From: a virus
Virus genome (UHGV): UHGV-0179803
Direction: 5' to 3' (one strand)
DNA length: 64,000 bases
In this document: in pieces, positions 8,743-18,434 of the stretch
Layout of the letters: each line of letters starts with the position of its first letter
Position numbering within the stretch: the stretch's first letter is position 1
The notes under the pieces: generated by a model
Databases searched by the model: none
Seen by the model: the letters and a program-made list of their open reading frames with translations, nothing else
What the model was told of the DNA's origin: nothing
Program-made: the position numbers and the translations under genes

Positions 8743-9036
8743 ATGGGAATGTGTAAAACTAAAAAATGTGTAGATTGCCAGAGAGTCCTACCTCTTGAGG
8801 ATTTCTTTTTATCTTCTAAGAGTAATGATGGGTACTCTGGTACATGCAAGGAATGCTATATGTACTACAGAAAGAATGGATCTCGTAGAAACAAGGATAT
8901 GGTTAAGAGAGATGATGCAGCAGCGTTTATTCAAGATTTGCTAGAGAAAGGTGAGCTTTTTGAATGCAAATCTTGTCATAAAAGTATGCTCGCTGACAAT
9001 TTTACACAAAACGTGATTATGGTAGGGTATATCTAG
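8743..9036 (+). CDS. Cys-rich zinc-finger-like protein, intron-encoded
   Basis: CVDCQ...GTCKEC and CKSCH motifs; RBS GGGAGGATGGGA-ATG; inside the intervening sequence. Confidence 0.4.
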   Translation: MGMCKTKKCVDCQRVLPLEDFFLSSKSNDGYSGTCKECYMYYRKNGSRRNKDMVKRDDAAAFIQDLLEKGELFECKSCHKSMLADNFTQNVIMVGYI

Positions 9037-9053
9037 TCACGGGCAGGTGTAAA

Positions 9054-9338
9054 ATGTGTGAGAAGTTCTATCAGCTTGAGAAGAAATTTCACATAACAAA
9101 AGACGAATATTTTCGTCTACTCTCAGATCAAGATTATAAATGTGCCATTTGCGGGATATCACTTGATGAGTATAGGTCGCAAGGGTACAGAGATTTCTTT
9201 AGTGTTGATCATGACCATAAGACTGGCGCTGTAAGAGGTTTGCTTTGTGATAAGTGTAACAGAGCTTTAGGTTTTTTCCAGGAGGATGAGGAAACTCTTC
9301 TTAAAGCGGCAGAGTATTTACACACTCATAAGATATAG
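9054..9338 (+). CDS. HNH / endonuclease VII-family homing-endonuclease-like protein
   Basis: motif CAICG...SVDHDHKTGAVRGLLCDKCNRALG matches the EndoVII/HNH signature (DHDH-x-TG-x-RG-x-LC-xx-CN). Confidence 0.7.
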   Translation: MCEKFYQLEKKFHITKDEYFRLLSDQDYKCAICGISLDEYRSQGYRDFFSVDHDHKTGAVRGLLCDKCNRALGFFQEDEETLLKAAEYLHTHKI

Positions 9339-9454
9339 TCTGGTCTGCATGGAGACATGCAGCTGCCACATGGTGGCGGGGCAAGAGTAGCGACCTTGCC
9401 CGAACACAAACGACACAGTTCGATTGGGAGCAAATCGACTACCTGATTTCTCGT

Positions 9455-10534
9455 ATGAGGTCGAAATCGAAATACTCTTCACGGATGGTGATCAGCTGTA
9501 ACCCGGATTCTGAACACTATTTAGCCAAACTGGTTCGTTGGTGGCTTGACGACGAGGGCTACCCAGATGAAAGCAAGTGTGGCGTTAAGCGCTATTTCAT
9601 CCGTAGGGATGGGGAATTTATCTTCGGCGATACGCCAGAAGAGTTGATCGAGAAGTATACCTATGTTAACGGCAAAGGTGTTGAGATAATCCCAAAACCA
9701 CTCTCTATCGCTTTTATCGGTGCAACAATCCACGATAACCCCATCTGCTTGCGTGATAACCCAGAATATCTTGCATTCCTGGAAGGTCTGCCAGAGCTGG
9801 AAAAAGCACAACTCCTCTACGGTAACTGGTTCGCTAAGCCTGAAGGTGCAAACTATTTCAGTCGCACATTCTTGAAAGATGCGGATCATGTCCCCCTCGG
9901 AGCAGTTTCTGTAAGAGCATGGGATAAAGCTGGTACAGAACGTACCTCTGGCAACAAATTCCCCGACTATACAGCCAGTATCAAGGTCAGTAAGGATAGT
10001 GATGGTTACTACTACATCTCCGGTGACTATTGCCCTGAAAACGTAGATGATGGCAGATATTCTACGGGCTTGCACGGTAAGTTCTGCAAGAAAGCTGGGG
10101 AACGTGATGTTATTATCAAGAAACAGGCAGAGTTTGATGGTGAGGACTGCGTAATTGTCTTCTCTGTGGACCCCGGTCAGGCAGGTAAGAGTGAGTTTCT
10201 TACTTCATCTCGTAAACTTCTTGCCGGAGGGTTCAGGGTAGAAGAAGACCCAATGCCGTCTAACAAATCAAAACTCACCCGTTTCTCCCCGTTTGCCAAC
10301 CTTGCCCAACAAGGGATGGTGCGGCTTGTCCGGTCAAGTTTCGACCCGGATACACTGGAAGCATTTTTGACAGAGCTGGAGAAATTTAACGGCGAACGGT
10401 CAACCTTTAGCCGTAAAGATGATTGGGCTGACTCCATTGCTTCTGCAATTAACTACCTTGAAAAAGAGGAAGTTGCTATGCCATGTGTTATTCCGAAGAT
10501 TGTTTCACCCTCTATGTATAAGAGGATGATTTAA
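9455..10534 (+). CDS. terL: large terminase subunit, C-terminal part (nuclease domain exon)
   Basis: frame is open from 9332; contains ISCNPDSEHY, RAWDKAGT and DDWADSIASA acidic motifs expected of a terminase RNase-H-like nuclease domain; true 5' end depends on the splice junction. Confidence 0.65.
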   Translation: MRSKSKYSSRMVISCNPDSEHYLAKLVRWWLDDEGYPDESKCGVKRYFIRRDGEFIFGDTPEELIEKYTYVNGKGVEIIPKPLSIAFIGATIHDNPICLRDNPEYLAFLEGLPELEKAQLLYGNWFAKPEGANYFSRTFLKDADHVPLGAVSVRAWDKAGTERTSGNKFPDYTASIKVSKDSDGYYYISGDYCPENVDDGRYSTGLHGKFCKKAGERDVIIKKQAEFDGEDCVIVFSVDPGQAGKSEFLTSSRKLLAGGFRVEEDPMPSNKSKLTRFSPFANLAQQGMVRLVRSSFDPDTLEAFLTELEKFNGERSTFSRKDDWADSIASAINYLEKEEVAMPCVIPKIVSPSMYKRMI

Positions 10535-10540
10535 GTAGTT

Positions 10541-10569
10541 GCCAATCTTAGATGAATGTGTTACAATAA
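10541..10569 (+). promoter_or_regulatory. sigma70-like promoter
   Basis: TTGCCA-17 nt-TACAAT upstream of the portal gene. Confidence 0.3.
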
Positions 10570-10634
10570 TCTATAGAGCATAACTAAGCCCTCTTCGGAG
10601 GGCTATTTCTTTTGTCTAACTTGAGGGTAATCTT

Positions 10635-12194
10635 GTGTCCAAGAAAAGCCGTAGGAAAAACAACGCAGCAGCCAAAGCGAGGGCTGTGAAAAAAGCTGGA
10701 AATCAAGATGCCCAGGTGCACAATGTTCGTCTGGGAGAGATTGGTTCCGGTGCACTGGCTCAGATCCAATTTGAATCTCAGCAGATGATGGTTGAGGAGT
10801 TGCGTTGGCCCAACCTTATCGCTACCGTAGAGACGATGAAATGCGACTCAACAGTAGCTACCGCTCTGGATTCTAAATATGTACTGATCACCAAAGCCTT
10901 CAACGATTTCAAAATTCTCTGTAATGAAGAGAGTGAAGAATCTAAGAAAGCAGCAGCATTTATCGACTATGCCCTGCGTAATCTCTCTAATCAGCAAACA
11001 CTTCGTGATATTGCAAGAAGTGCAGCCACCTTTAATGAATACGGCTTCTCAATATTTGAGAAAGTTTACCGTCGTGAACAGGAAGGGGAGTACGCTGGTA
11101 AATTAGTTATTGACAAGTTTGCATTCAGACCTCAAGCGAGCCTGTCCCGCAGTAACCCGTTCCAGTTTGATAAAAATAGTCGTAAACTTGAAGGTATATG
11201 GCAGTCACCGAATGCGTTTGTTAATTTCAAACGTAATTCATACGCTGGCCCACTACTTTCTGCTCCGGCAAACTTCAACGGTGAGGAGATTTTCATTCCG
11301 GCTAAGAAAATCATGATCATGACTCTTTCCGGTACAGAGTCCAATCCGGCAGGTGTTTCACCTATGATTGGTTGTTACAGATCCTTCCGTGAGAAAGTGC
11401 TGATCGAAAACCTGGAAGTGGTTGGTTGCTCCAAAGATCTTGGTGGTGTGCTTGAGCTGAAAATACCGTCCAACATTCTGAATAAAGCAAGTATCGACCC
11501 CACCTCAATGGAAGGTCAGATGGTTGCTAACCTGATGGCAGATGCTGCAAATGCCCACTCCGGTGAACAGAGTTTCTTTATTCTCCCATCGGATCGTGAT
11601 AAATCAGGTAAAGAACAGTATTCCATGGACCTGAAAGGGATCAATGGTGCTGGTAAACAATACTCCACCAAAGATCTTGTTGATGCACGTAAGAAAGCTA
11701 TCCTTGATAGATTTGGTGCTGGTTTTATTAACTTAGGTAACGACAACGTTGGTTCTTACTCGTTGTCCGAGTCCAAACAGTCTTTACATGGTCACTTCGT
11801 TAACCGTGATATTGACATTATTGTTGAGGCTTTCAACAAAGACTTCATTCCCCAGATGCTGGCGCTGAACGGTATCTACCTCTCCAATGAGGATATGCCG
11901 AAACTCAAACCAGGGTTGACTGAAAAAGTTGACATGGAAGAGTTCTCCAAATTCGTACAGCGTATTGGTGCAGTTGGTTATCTGCCTAAAACTCCGGGTG
12001 TTATCAATAAAATCCTTGAAGTTGGTGGTTTTGACTACCGCGTTGATGAGGATATTGACACTGAAGAGTTAATGCAAATACTGGGTCAGGATGTAAGTCG
12101 GTCAGGTGACGGTATGGCGGCGGGGACCAACGGTAATGGCACGTCCAGAATGTCATCCACACGCGATAATTCTGTATCAAATATGGAAAATTAA
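10635..12194 (+). CDS. portal protein (putative)
   Basis: GTG start after GAGGG; 519 aa; position immediately after terminase; no motif-level confirmation. Confidence 0.55.
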   Translation: MSKKSRRKNNAAAKARAVKKAGNQDAQVHNVRLGEIGSGALAQIQFESQQMMVEELRWPNLIATVETMKCDSTVATALDSKYVLITKAFNDFKILCNEESEESKKAAAFIDYALRNLSNQQTLRDIARSAATFNEYGFSIFEKVYRREQEGEYAGKLVIDKFAFRPQASLSRSNPFQFDKNSRKLEGIWQSPNAFVNFKRNSYAGPLLSAPANFNGEEIFIPAKKIMIMTLSGTESNPAGVSPMIGCYRSFREKVLIENLEVVGCSKDLGGVLELKIPSNILNKASIDPTSMEGQMVANLMADAANAHSGEQSFFILPSDRDKSGKEQYSMDLKGINGAGKQYSTKDLVDARKKAILDRFGAGFINLGNDNVGSYSLSESKQSLHGHFVNRDIDIIVEAFNKDFIPQMLALNGIYLSNEDMPKLKPGLTEKVDMEEFSKFVQRIGAVGYLPKTPGVINKILEVGGFDYRVDEDIDTEELMQILGQDVSRSGDGMAAGTNGNGTSRMSSTRDNSVSNMEN

Positions 12195-12214
12195 AAAAAT
12201 TTTCATAAACAGGG

Positions 12215-12243
12215 TTGCATTTTAATTTGCAGTGTGGTAGAAT
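12215..12243 (+). promoter_or_regulatory. sigma70-like promoter with extended -10
   Basis: TTGCAT-17 nt-TAGAAT with TGG upstream of the -10. Confidence 0.4.
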
Positions 12244-12261
12244 AGTTTACATGAGGTAAAA

Positions 12262-12690
12262 ATGTCTACAACTGAAGAGATGATTTCATACGAGATCATC
12301 TACGAACCAAACACTAAAGATGCTCACGGCGAGTGGATGTCCGAAGAAACTCTTCGCAAAGCGAAAGAAAGCTGGGACATGGCATACGCCGCTGGCATCG
12401 CCAGAGAAAACCTTTTCCATCTCACCTCCACTGAAGCATTCACTATCGAAAAAACCTGGATTCAGGAAGAACTTGATGTGGTTGTTGCAGAAACCGGACA
12501 ACCTATCAAGGCTGGATCATGGGTAGCTAAAGTGAAATACAATAACGAAGCCTTGTGGGAAGCTAAGAAAGCTGGCATTGTCGGTGGACTAAGCATCCAG
12601 TGCACAGGCCATGTTAACGAAGAGACAGGTGAGATTACAGATATCAATTTCGGGGCCACAATCGTGGAAAATGAAGAGGGCGATGAATAA
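12262..12690 (+). CDS. head morphogenesis protein (hypothetical)
   Basis: ORF between portal and scaffold genes; RBS GAGG; overlaps the next gene (ATAATG). Confidence 0.4.
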   Translation: MSTTEEMISYEIIYEPNTKDAHGEWMSEETLRKAKESWDMAYAAGIARENLFHLTSTEAFTIEKTWIQEELDVVVAETGQPIKAGSWVAKVKYNNEALWEAKKAGIVGGLSIQCTGHVNEETGEITDINFGATIVENEEGDE

Positions 12691-13745
12691 TGGCAGACAC
12701 CATCAAAATTCAAGAGAAGGGCATTGCACTGTGCCATGAAGCACAAGGTTTCAGTGCCAATAACCGTCCGATCTCTTTGCTGATGAAAAGTGATCTTGAA
12801 CCAGAACAGTTGACAGCTGATATTGTCAAAGCTCTGCGTCAGGTCACGGTGGATCTTAGTTTTGAAGAATACCTCATGAGATTCTTCGGTTTGTGGGCCT
12901 ATGATGCTAAAAAATTAGCCGCACTTCTGGGGTTTGAAATCGAAGAGGAAGCCTTCGCTAGAGAACACCCAGACAATGATTGGGCGCAAGCCGACGCTGA
13001 AATGGTTCGTGAATGGCTGGAAGAAGTAAACTCCACAGTAACGATCCACAAAGCTGCTCAGGAAGGTAAAGACCTTTCTTTAGTCGAACAATATGAACTT
13101 CTGAAAGCACAGCAGAAGTTCGAGGAAGTAACCGCTGATCTCTTCGATGCAGAAGGGAACCTTATTAAAGCGGTCGAAGACCCAGTAGAACCTGAGGTGA
13201 AACATGAACCTCAACCGGAGCCGAAACCGGAACCTGTACCTGAAGAAGTAGTTCCAGTTAAGCCTGTGAAAGAAGTTCCTGAAAAAACCCCAGCTAATAC
13301 TGATAACAATGAACCCGCAAATATCGAGGGGAATACGGTGGAAGATGTAACCAAATCTCAAGAGTACATTGACCTGTTGAAACAGTTTGAAGCATTGCAG
13401 GCTAAACAAGCAGAAGCCGATGCAATCATCAAAGCTCAGGTTGAACTCAAAAAAGCAGAAATGCTTGAAAAAGCTAAAGCTCTTAGCTTCGTAACTGAAG
13501 AAGATCATGAAATGCTGGTTGACTTCATGTTAGAAAAAGCTAATGAAGCAGTTGTCGCACTTCTTGAAAAAGCTCAGGCACGTATTGCTGAACTTGAAGC
13601 GGAAGTTAAAAAAACCAAAGAAGAATTCGCAACCGCCGAACACGGTAAAGACGGCGAACCTATTGTGGATGATGTTCAAAAATCCGCAGAAGAAATCCTT
13701 GCAGAAAACGTAGCGAAAGCTCTCGCTGCAAAAGCTAACAAATAA
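12690..13745 (+). CDS. scaffolding-like protein
   Basis: acidic, coiled-coil-rich, PEPKPEPVPEE low-complexity stretch; sits between portal and capsid genes. Confidence 0.45.
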   Translation: MADTIKIQEKGIALCHEAQGFSANNRPISLLMKSDLEPEQLTADIVKALRQVTVDLSFEEYLMRFFGLWAYDAKKLAALLGFEIEEEAFAREHPDNDWAQADAEMVREWLEEVNSTVTIHKAAQEGKDLSLVEQYELLKAQQKFEEVTADLFDAEGNLIKAVEDPVEPEVKHEPQPEPKPEPVPEEVVPVKPVKEVPEKTPANTDNNEPANIEGNTVEDVTKSQEYIDLLKQFEALQAKQAEADAIIKAQVELKKAEMLEKAKALSFVTEEDHEMLVDFMLEKANEAVVALLEKAQARIAELEAEVKKTKEEFATAEHGKDGEPIVDDVQKSAEEILAENVAKALAAKANK

Positions 13746-13757
13746 TTCAAGGGGAAA

Positions 13758-14135
13758 ATGATGATCACCACTCAATATTCTGATATCGTGCTCGGCAAAG
13801 TAGACGCAAGCGATGCTGGCTTCAACTTTAAAGAGATCGAAATCACTCTGACTGATGACCATGTAGCAGGTGCTGTAGTTACCGCTACTGGTACTCTGGC
13901 TAACGCAGATGGTTCTGATACATTCGGTGTTCTGGTAGACCGTGCCTTACTGCCTGATTCTGCTGGTCGTGTAAACCTGGCTGAACCGCTGACTATTGGT
14001 CAGACCTATAAACTGGTTGTTGCTGTTCGCGGCGTTACCTTTGCAAAAGAACATCTGGTTATCGCTGACGGTGCAGAAGCTCCTGAAGCTGTTCTGAAAG
14101 CTCTGGAAGCTCGTGGTAACAAAGTTCAAGAATAA
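13758..14135 (+). CDS. small head protein (possible decoration protein)
   Basis: 125 aa immediately upstream of the capsid gene; strongly biased codon usage; position-based call. Confidence 0.35.
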   Translation: MMITTQYSDIVLGKVDASDAGFNFKEIEITLTDDHVAGAVVTATGTLANADGSDTFGVLVDRALLPDSAGRVNLAEPLTIGQTYKLVVAVRGVTFAKEHLVIADGAEAPEAVLKALEARGNKVQE

Positions 14136-14158
14136 TTGATTGATAACTGGAGAAAATA

Positions 14159-15163
14159 ATGATCACTCGTAAAGATGATTTTGGTATTGTTGACCTGGGT
14201 GCAACTCTTGAGCTGGTTCCACGCCAATTCCGTCTGATCACTGGCATGAACCTTTTTGAAACCCACCTGGGTACTTCTACCATCGCACAAATCGAACGTG
14301 TTGACGAAATCGTAGCAGATATCCCTGCTCGTCGTCGTGGTGGTGAACGTAACTACGTAGGTAGCGAACGTGCTCAGATCAAAAACCTGAACATCCCGTT
14401 CTTCCCATTGGATAAAGGGATTACAGCAGCTGACGTTCAAAACTTCCGTCGCTACTTTACTCCTGATGCTCCGAAAACTGTGGAAGATGTTGTAACTCGT
14501 GTAGTTCGCCGCATCCGTATCTCCCATGAAGCTCTGCGTGAAAAAGCACTGTTTGCTGCTGTCATGGGTAAATCCTATGCTCCTGGTGATGCAACCTGCA
14601 AATATGACTATTACACCCTGTGGGGCGTAACTCAGAAATCCATCGAAATCGATCCGGCTGATGCTGCTCAGGACCCGATGGAAGTTATCGAAGAAGGTCG
14701 TCTGCACATTGCTCTGCAAGCTGGTGACAATGCTGGTGCATACCGCATTATTTGCCTGTGCTCTCCTGAATTCTTCAGTGCACTGGTTCATCATCCGCTG
14801 GTAGAACTGGCTTACACCTACTACAGCTCACAACAGGAACCTCTGCGTCGTCGTCTGGGTGCTGGCGGTGAAAATTCAGTCTATCGCGTATTTGAACACA
14901 AAGGCATGACCTTCATCGAAGATATCTCCGGCAACATCCCGGCAAAAGAAGCACGTTTAGTACCGATGGGTATTGATGCTATGTTCCAGCTGCACTTTGC
15001 TCCGGCAGATGACCTGGCAGAAGCAAATACTCCGGCACAAGAACTGTACATGTGGTACAAACACTCAGCTTATCTGCGTGAAGAAAAAGTTGAGTCTGAA
15101 ACCTCTATGCTGGCTGTTAACACCCGTCCTGAACTGGTTGTTAAAGTCACTCTTCATGAATAA
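14159..15163 (+). CDS. major capsid protein (putative)
   Basis: 334 aa, highly biased codon usage (CTG/CGT/GGT) typical of abundant virion proteins, strong RBS GGAGAAAATA-ATG, position after scaffold. Confidence 0.6.
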   Translation: MITRKDDFGIVDLGATLELVPRQFRLITGMNLFETHLGTSTIAQIERVDEIVADIPARRRGGERNYVGSERAQIKNLNIPFFPLDKGITAADVQNFRRYFTPDAPKTVEDVVTRVVRRIRISHEALREKALFAAVMGKSYAPGDATCKYDYYTLWGVTQKSIEIDPADAAQDPMEVIEEGRLHIALQAGDNAGAYRIICLCSPEFFSALVHHPLVELAYTYYSSQQEPLRRRLGAGGENSVYRVFEHKGMTFIEDISGNIPAKEARLVPMGIDAMFQLHFAPADDLAEANTPAQELYMWYKHSAYLREEKVESETSMLAVNTRPELVVKVTLHE

Positions 15164-15245
15164 TCGTCACCTCGGTGACTAACCTCGAAGGGGGGAGGGG
15201 GAACCCTCTCCCCTTTCTTGTTTTAGGGCTGTAAAGGAGACTCTT

Positions 15246-16670
15246 GTGTTCTATCCAGTTGAATATGATCCGAAATTACGGATTTTCAATAACCAGGTAG
15301 ACTTCTACGAATTTCTGGCAGAAGCTAATCCAGAAATCAACGTAGGTCTGTCTGCGTTATTACCACCAACCGAATTTGTTGTTGGTGAAAAACACTTCCC
15401 ATGCAGAACGATTGTGGATTTCTTCGAACAGATTGCAGAACAGACTGGATTGCCAATCGACACGGAAGCCTCCACTATCCGTATGGGTGTAATTCTTTTG
15501 TTCTTCACAGAAGACTTGGGTGAGAGCATCTTAACACTTCAAAGCGGTGATGCTCATATTACGCTTACCCCTTCCGTGTTTAAAGAGGTAGATGCTGCTT
15601 CCAAGGTTTCAGTGGCAAAAGGTCATCTGTGGTATCCTGAAGAAATGCCCAGCAAGGTTACCATAAATGATGAGCAATGTGATGTTGTTTATGCAGAGGG
15701 TACTCAAACTTTCACCATTGGGTGGCCTAAGAAACGTTCTCAGGTTGTAAATCCAGGTCTGACTTCCGAACCGATTGTAAGAGAAGAGTGGGAAGAGAGT
15801 CCTAATACGCTACCAAATGAAAGAGCACTTAAAGAAGACGGTACTTTAAAAATGGGAACGGGTGTAAAAGGCACTTATGCTACAGTTACCAGTGATGGGG
15901 TAATTGAATTAGCACTCATTCCAATGATACCTGGTCGTAAAGTATTAGGTCCTGCTGGCGATGATGGTATTTTTACTAAAACAGAAAAAGGCGACGTTTC
16001 TTGTTTCTTTGGTGTGACTAGTTTGAAATATCCGTTAAAAGATGTAATTGGTTTATATGATTCCATTACTTTAGATGTAATTAGTGATGGTACACCTATA
16101 CAAAAAATGGACTTACAATTACATAATGGCGGTTGGTATGACAAAAACGGAGAAATGTTAGAGGGTACTTACCTTGACGAATATACTATTCAAGAAGCCA
16201 CTCGTGTATCATTCTATGCAGAAAGGGGTAGAGAACATAAGTTTGTTTTAAGTGCTACCTCTGGAGAAAACACGGAGAGCATAGAAGTTACCGTTATTGA
16301 TGAGTACGTAGAACCGGATCCTGAACCAGAGCTGGAACCAGAGCCGGACCCGGATACAGGAGTTGACCCAGGACCTGATCCAGAATCATTACCTGAGCCA
16401 GGACCCACTGTGGGAGACAACGGTGAAACTACAGGGCCTGCTGAATCACAGGGTGCGGAGCCAGCTATAATGACAATGAGTATGGAAGAAGCTGCTCCCG
16501 ATAGCGTCGATGCCATCCTACAGCAGGCTGCTGTTTTAGAAGACGAAGCAGACAAGAGTGGCTCTAAAGTGGCTCTTGAAGCATTCGCCAAACAATACGG
16601 TGTGAGCTTAGCTCGAAATAAAACTTTCGCCAATATGATGAAAGATTTCGAAGCAGCTCTTAGAGCATAA
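15246..16670 (+). CDS. head-associated protein with acidic Pro-Glu-Asp-rich linker
   Basis: GTG start after AAAGGAG; PEPELEPEPDPD...PGPDPESLPEPGP segment; position after capsid gene. Confidence 0.4.
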   Translation: MFYPVEYDPKLRIFNNQVDFYEFLAEANPEINVGLSALLPPTEFVVGEKHFPCRTIVDFFEQIAEQTGLPIDTEASTIRMGVILLFFTEDLGESILTLQSGDAHITLTPSVFKEVDAASKVSVAKGHLWYPEEMPSKVTINDEQCDVVYAEGTQTFTIGWPKKRSQVVNPGLTSEPIVREEWEESPNTLPNERALKEDGTLKMGTGVKGTYATVTSDGVIELALIPMIPGRKVLGPAGDDGIFTKTEKGDVSCFFGVTSLKYPLKDVIGLYDSITLDVISDGTPIQKMDLQLHNGGWYDKNGEMLEGTYLDEYTIQEATRVSFYAERGREHKFVLSATSGENTESIEVTVIDEYVEPDPEPELEPEPDPDTGVDPGPDPESLPEPGPTVGDNGETTGPAESQGAEPAIMTMSMEEAAPDSVDAILQQAAVLEDEADKSGSKVALEAFAKQYGVSLARNKTFANMMKDFEAALRA

Positions 16671-16696
16671 AATTAAAAATTACACCACTACTGGCC

Positions 16697-16735
16697 CCAC
16701 ACCATTCCCGGTCTGGGGCTTTATTTTTATCAGCT
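16697..16735 (+). terminator. rho-independent terminator
   Basis: GCCCCA...TGGGGC hairpin followed by TTTATTTTTAT. Confidence 0.5.
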
Positions 16736-16754
16736 TACATGTTATAATAATTAA

Positions 16755-17456
16755 GTGTTCATAATCCTCAAAGGAGATAGAATGGCGTGGTATGAAGAAG
16801 AAGAGGTAGTCCCTACTCCTGGTGGGGGAGAGCCTGAAAATCCAGATCCTGTAGGGCCAGATGTTGGTGAAGGCGAGGAACCCACAGATCCTGTGCCTGA
16901 GGAACCGGAACTGCCGACTGTACCAGATGAAGATATTGATCCAGATTTTAGTCAAGAAGATTCATTGTCAGCATTCGTTCGTATTCTGCTTGGTAATGTA
17001 TCACCTGAAGTACTTCCACCGGAAACACTGGCTCTGTTTGTAGAAATGGCAGTAATGAAATACGATCTGGAAAACCATCCAGAAAGGTTGCCGAATGTCA
17101 AATATGATGCAATGGTCCAGGCTGTACGCTGGCTGATGGTTCAGGAAGTTGCGAGCGGTGAGTCCAGCATCAGTTCTCGTCTGGAAAAAGTTGGTGATGA
17201 AACTATCGAAGTCCGTATAGGTCAGACTACATGGCAAGGCTGGAAAGACTTCCTTGACTGGCTGGTTGCCAATCCAGATTATGTTGACTCTGAACTGGAT
17301 TCCTGTGGCAGACTGGTTATCATCGGTGGTGTGCGTGAAGATGAGTTCCAGAGAGTCAAACGTAATAGAAACAGTGTTTGTGGCTTTGATGTTTCTGGTA
17401 TCACACCTATGAGTGGTTTACATGGACAACCAAAAAGATACCCATCTCGCAGGTAA
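16755..17456 (+). CDS. virion protein with acidic Pro-rich N-terminus
   Basis: RBS AAAGGAG; N-terminal EEEEVVPTPGGGEPENPDPVGPD... low-complexity region. Confidence 0.35.
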   Translation: MFIILKGDRMAWYEEEEVVPTPGGGEPENPDPVGPDVGEGEEPTDPVPEEPELPTVPDEDIDPDFSQEDSLSAFVRILLGNVSPEVLPPETLALFVEMAVMKYDLENHPERLPNVKYDAMVQAVRWLMVQEVASGESSISSRLEKVGDETIEVRIGQTTWQGWKDFLDWLVANPDYVDSELDSCGRLVIIGGVREDEFQRVKRNRNSVCGFDVSGITPMSGLHGQPKRYPSRR

Positions 17457-17472
17457 TTTGCTAAATTAGTAT

Positions 17473-17501
17473 TGAAAATTGTTGCAGCCTGTGGTATAAT
17501 T
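17473..17501 (+). promoter_or_regulatory. sigma70-like promoter with extended -10
   Basis: TTGAAA-17 nt-TATAAT preceded by TGTGG. Confidence 0.45.
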
Positions 17502-17518
17502 TATCTATTGGGGGCAAA

Positions 17519-17986
17519 GTGCTTAGAGTAAAATGCACTTCTAAAACCAATTTTAAGCCGCTTGAAAGGTTCCACAGGGAACTTATTAAGTTGGAAAGTA
17601 AAACAATCTCCTATGGATTCTACGACGAAGAACATTACTCCGGCCTGAATATGGCAACACTGGCTGCAATTCATAACTTTGGCTGGAATGGTCTTCCGGT
17701 TCGTAACTTCATGGAAACTGCTTTCGTATTTTATAATGCGGAACTCTCCAAGCAGATGGAACGACTGCTCCGCGCGATGGCGCGTGGGGCAAGTCCAGAT
17801 ACTATCCTGAAGCAAATCGGTAAAGGCGGGGCTGAGGCCATTAAGTTTGTTATCGAGGCGGGGATGTTCAGCAATCCAAAGGTTAGCGAACAGTGGGCGC
17901 AAGAAAAAGGCTTTAACGAAGCTATGCGTCATTATGATGTGTTGCTTGAGTCAGCAACCTTCAAAATCGGACAATTAAAAGACTAA
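17519..17986 (+). CDS. head-tail joining/neck protein (hypothetical)
   Basis: GTG-start ORF between head and tail modules; position-based. Confidence 0.35.
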   Translation: MLRVKCTSKTNFKPLERFHRELIKLESKTISYGFYDEEHYSGLNMATLAAIHNFGWNGLPVRNFMETAFVFYNAELSKQMERLLRAMARGASPDTILKQIGKGGAEAIKFVIEAGMFSNPKVSEQWAQEKGFNEAMRHYDVLLESATFKIGQLKD

Positions 17987-17996
17987 TGGAGGTTGA

Positions 17997-18434
17997 ATGG
18001 CTGTAGGCTACAGATTGATTGGTAAAAATAAATTAATTCCGAGAAAGACTTTTAAAGGTCGTCACAGAACGCTTAAACGCATTGATAACAGCCCTTTTGC
18101 TAACAAAGGTGTTGAGCTTGAGATAGAAGAGTTCGATGTTTTAGAATGCGTTATGCAGCCTTTAACAGGCCGTGCGGCTAAAGACTACTCCTCGCAAATT
18201 AACCCCGAAGGTGGCAGACAATACGAAGCGTATACAGTTTACTCTTCTGTACGTCTACGTAACCCCGACGAAGGGGAATATCAACTTGCAGATCAGATCC
18301 AGTTGCCAAACCTGCATGGTGAGTTAACATGGTTCACTGTTCTGAAATGCGATCAATATCATACATCAGGTGTGGAAAGATACCGCTCCTATGTTGTGGA
18401 AGAACCCGCAAATAACGAAGGAGACACAATCTGA
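17997..18434 (+). CDS. head-tail joining/neck protein (hypothetical)
   Basis: RBS GGAGG; overlaps next gene by 1 nt; position-based. Confidence 0.35.
   Translation: MAVGYRLIGKNKLIPRKTFKGRHRTLKRIDNSPFANKGVELEIEEFDVLECVMQPLTGRAAKDYSSQINPEGGRQYEAYTVYSSVRLRNPDEGEYQLADQIQLPNLHGELTWFTVLKCDQYHTSGVERYRSYVVEEPANNEGDTI

Larger units (their letters stand above)
8218..9430 (+). mobile_element. candidate group I intron (about 1.2 kb) with an internal endonuclease ORF, splitting the large terminase gene
   Basis: noncoding, hairpin-rich sequence with segments resembling phage group I intron core (AATTGCGGGGAAA, GGTATGGTAATAG, GCAGCGAAG, CAACGACTATCG); terminase frame re-opens at 9332; boundaries approximate. 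Confidence 0.5.

Noticed and set aside
13080-14794. Minus-strand ORFs antisense to the scaffold and capsid genes (13080..13508, 13530..13862, 14126..14794)
   Set aside because: They lie antisense to strongly codon-biased + strand genes, have no RBS, and their translations are low-complexity (F/R-rich); typical antisense shadow ORFs.
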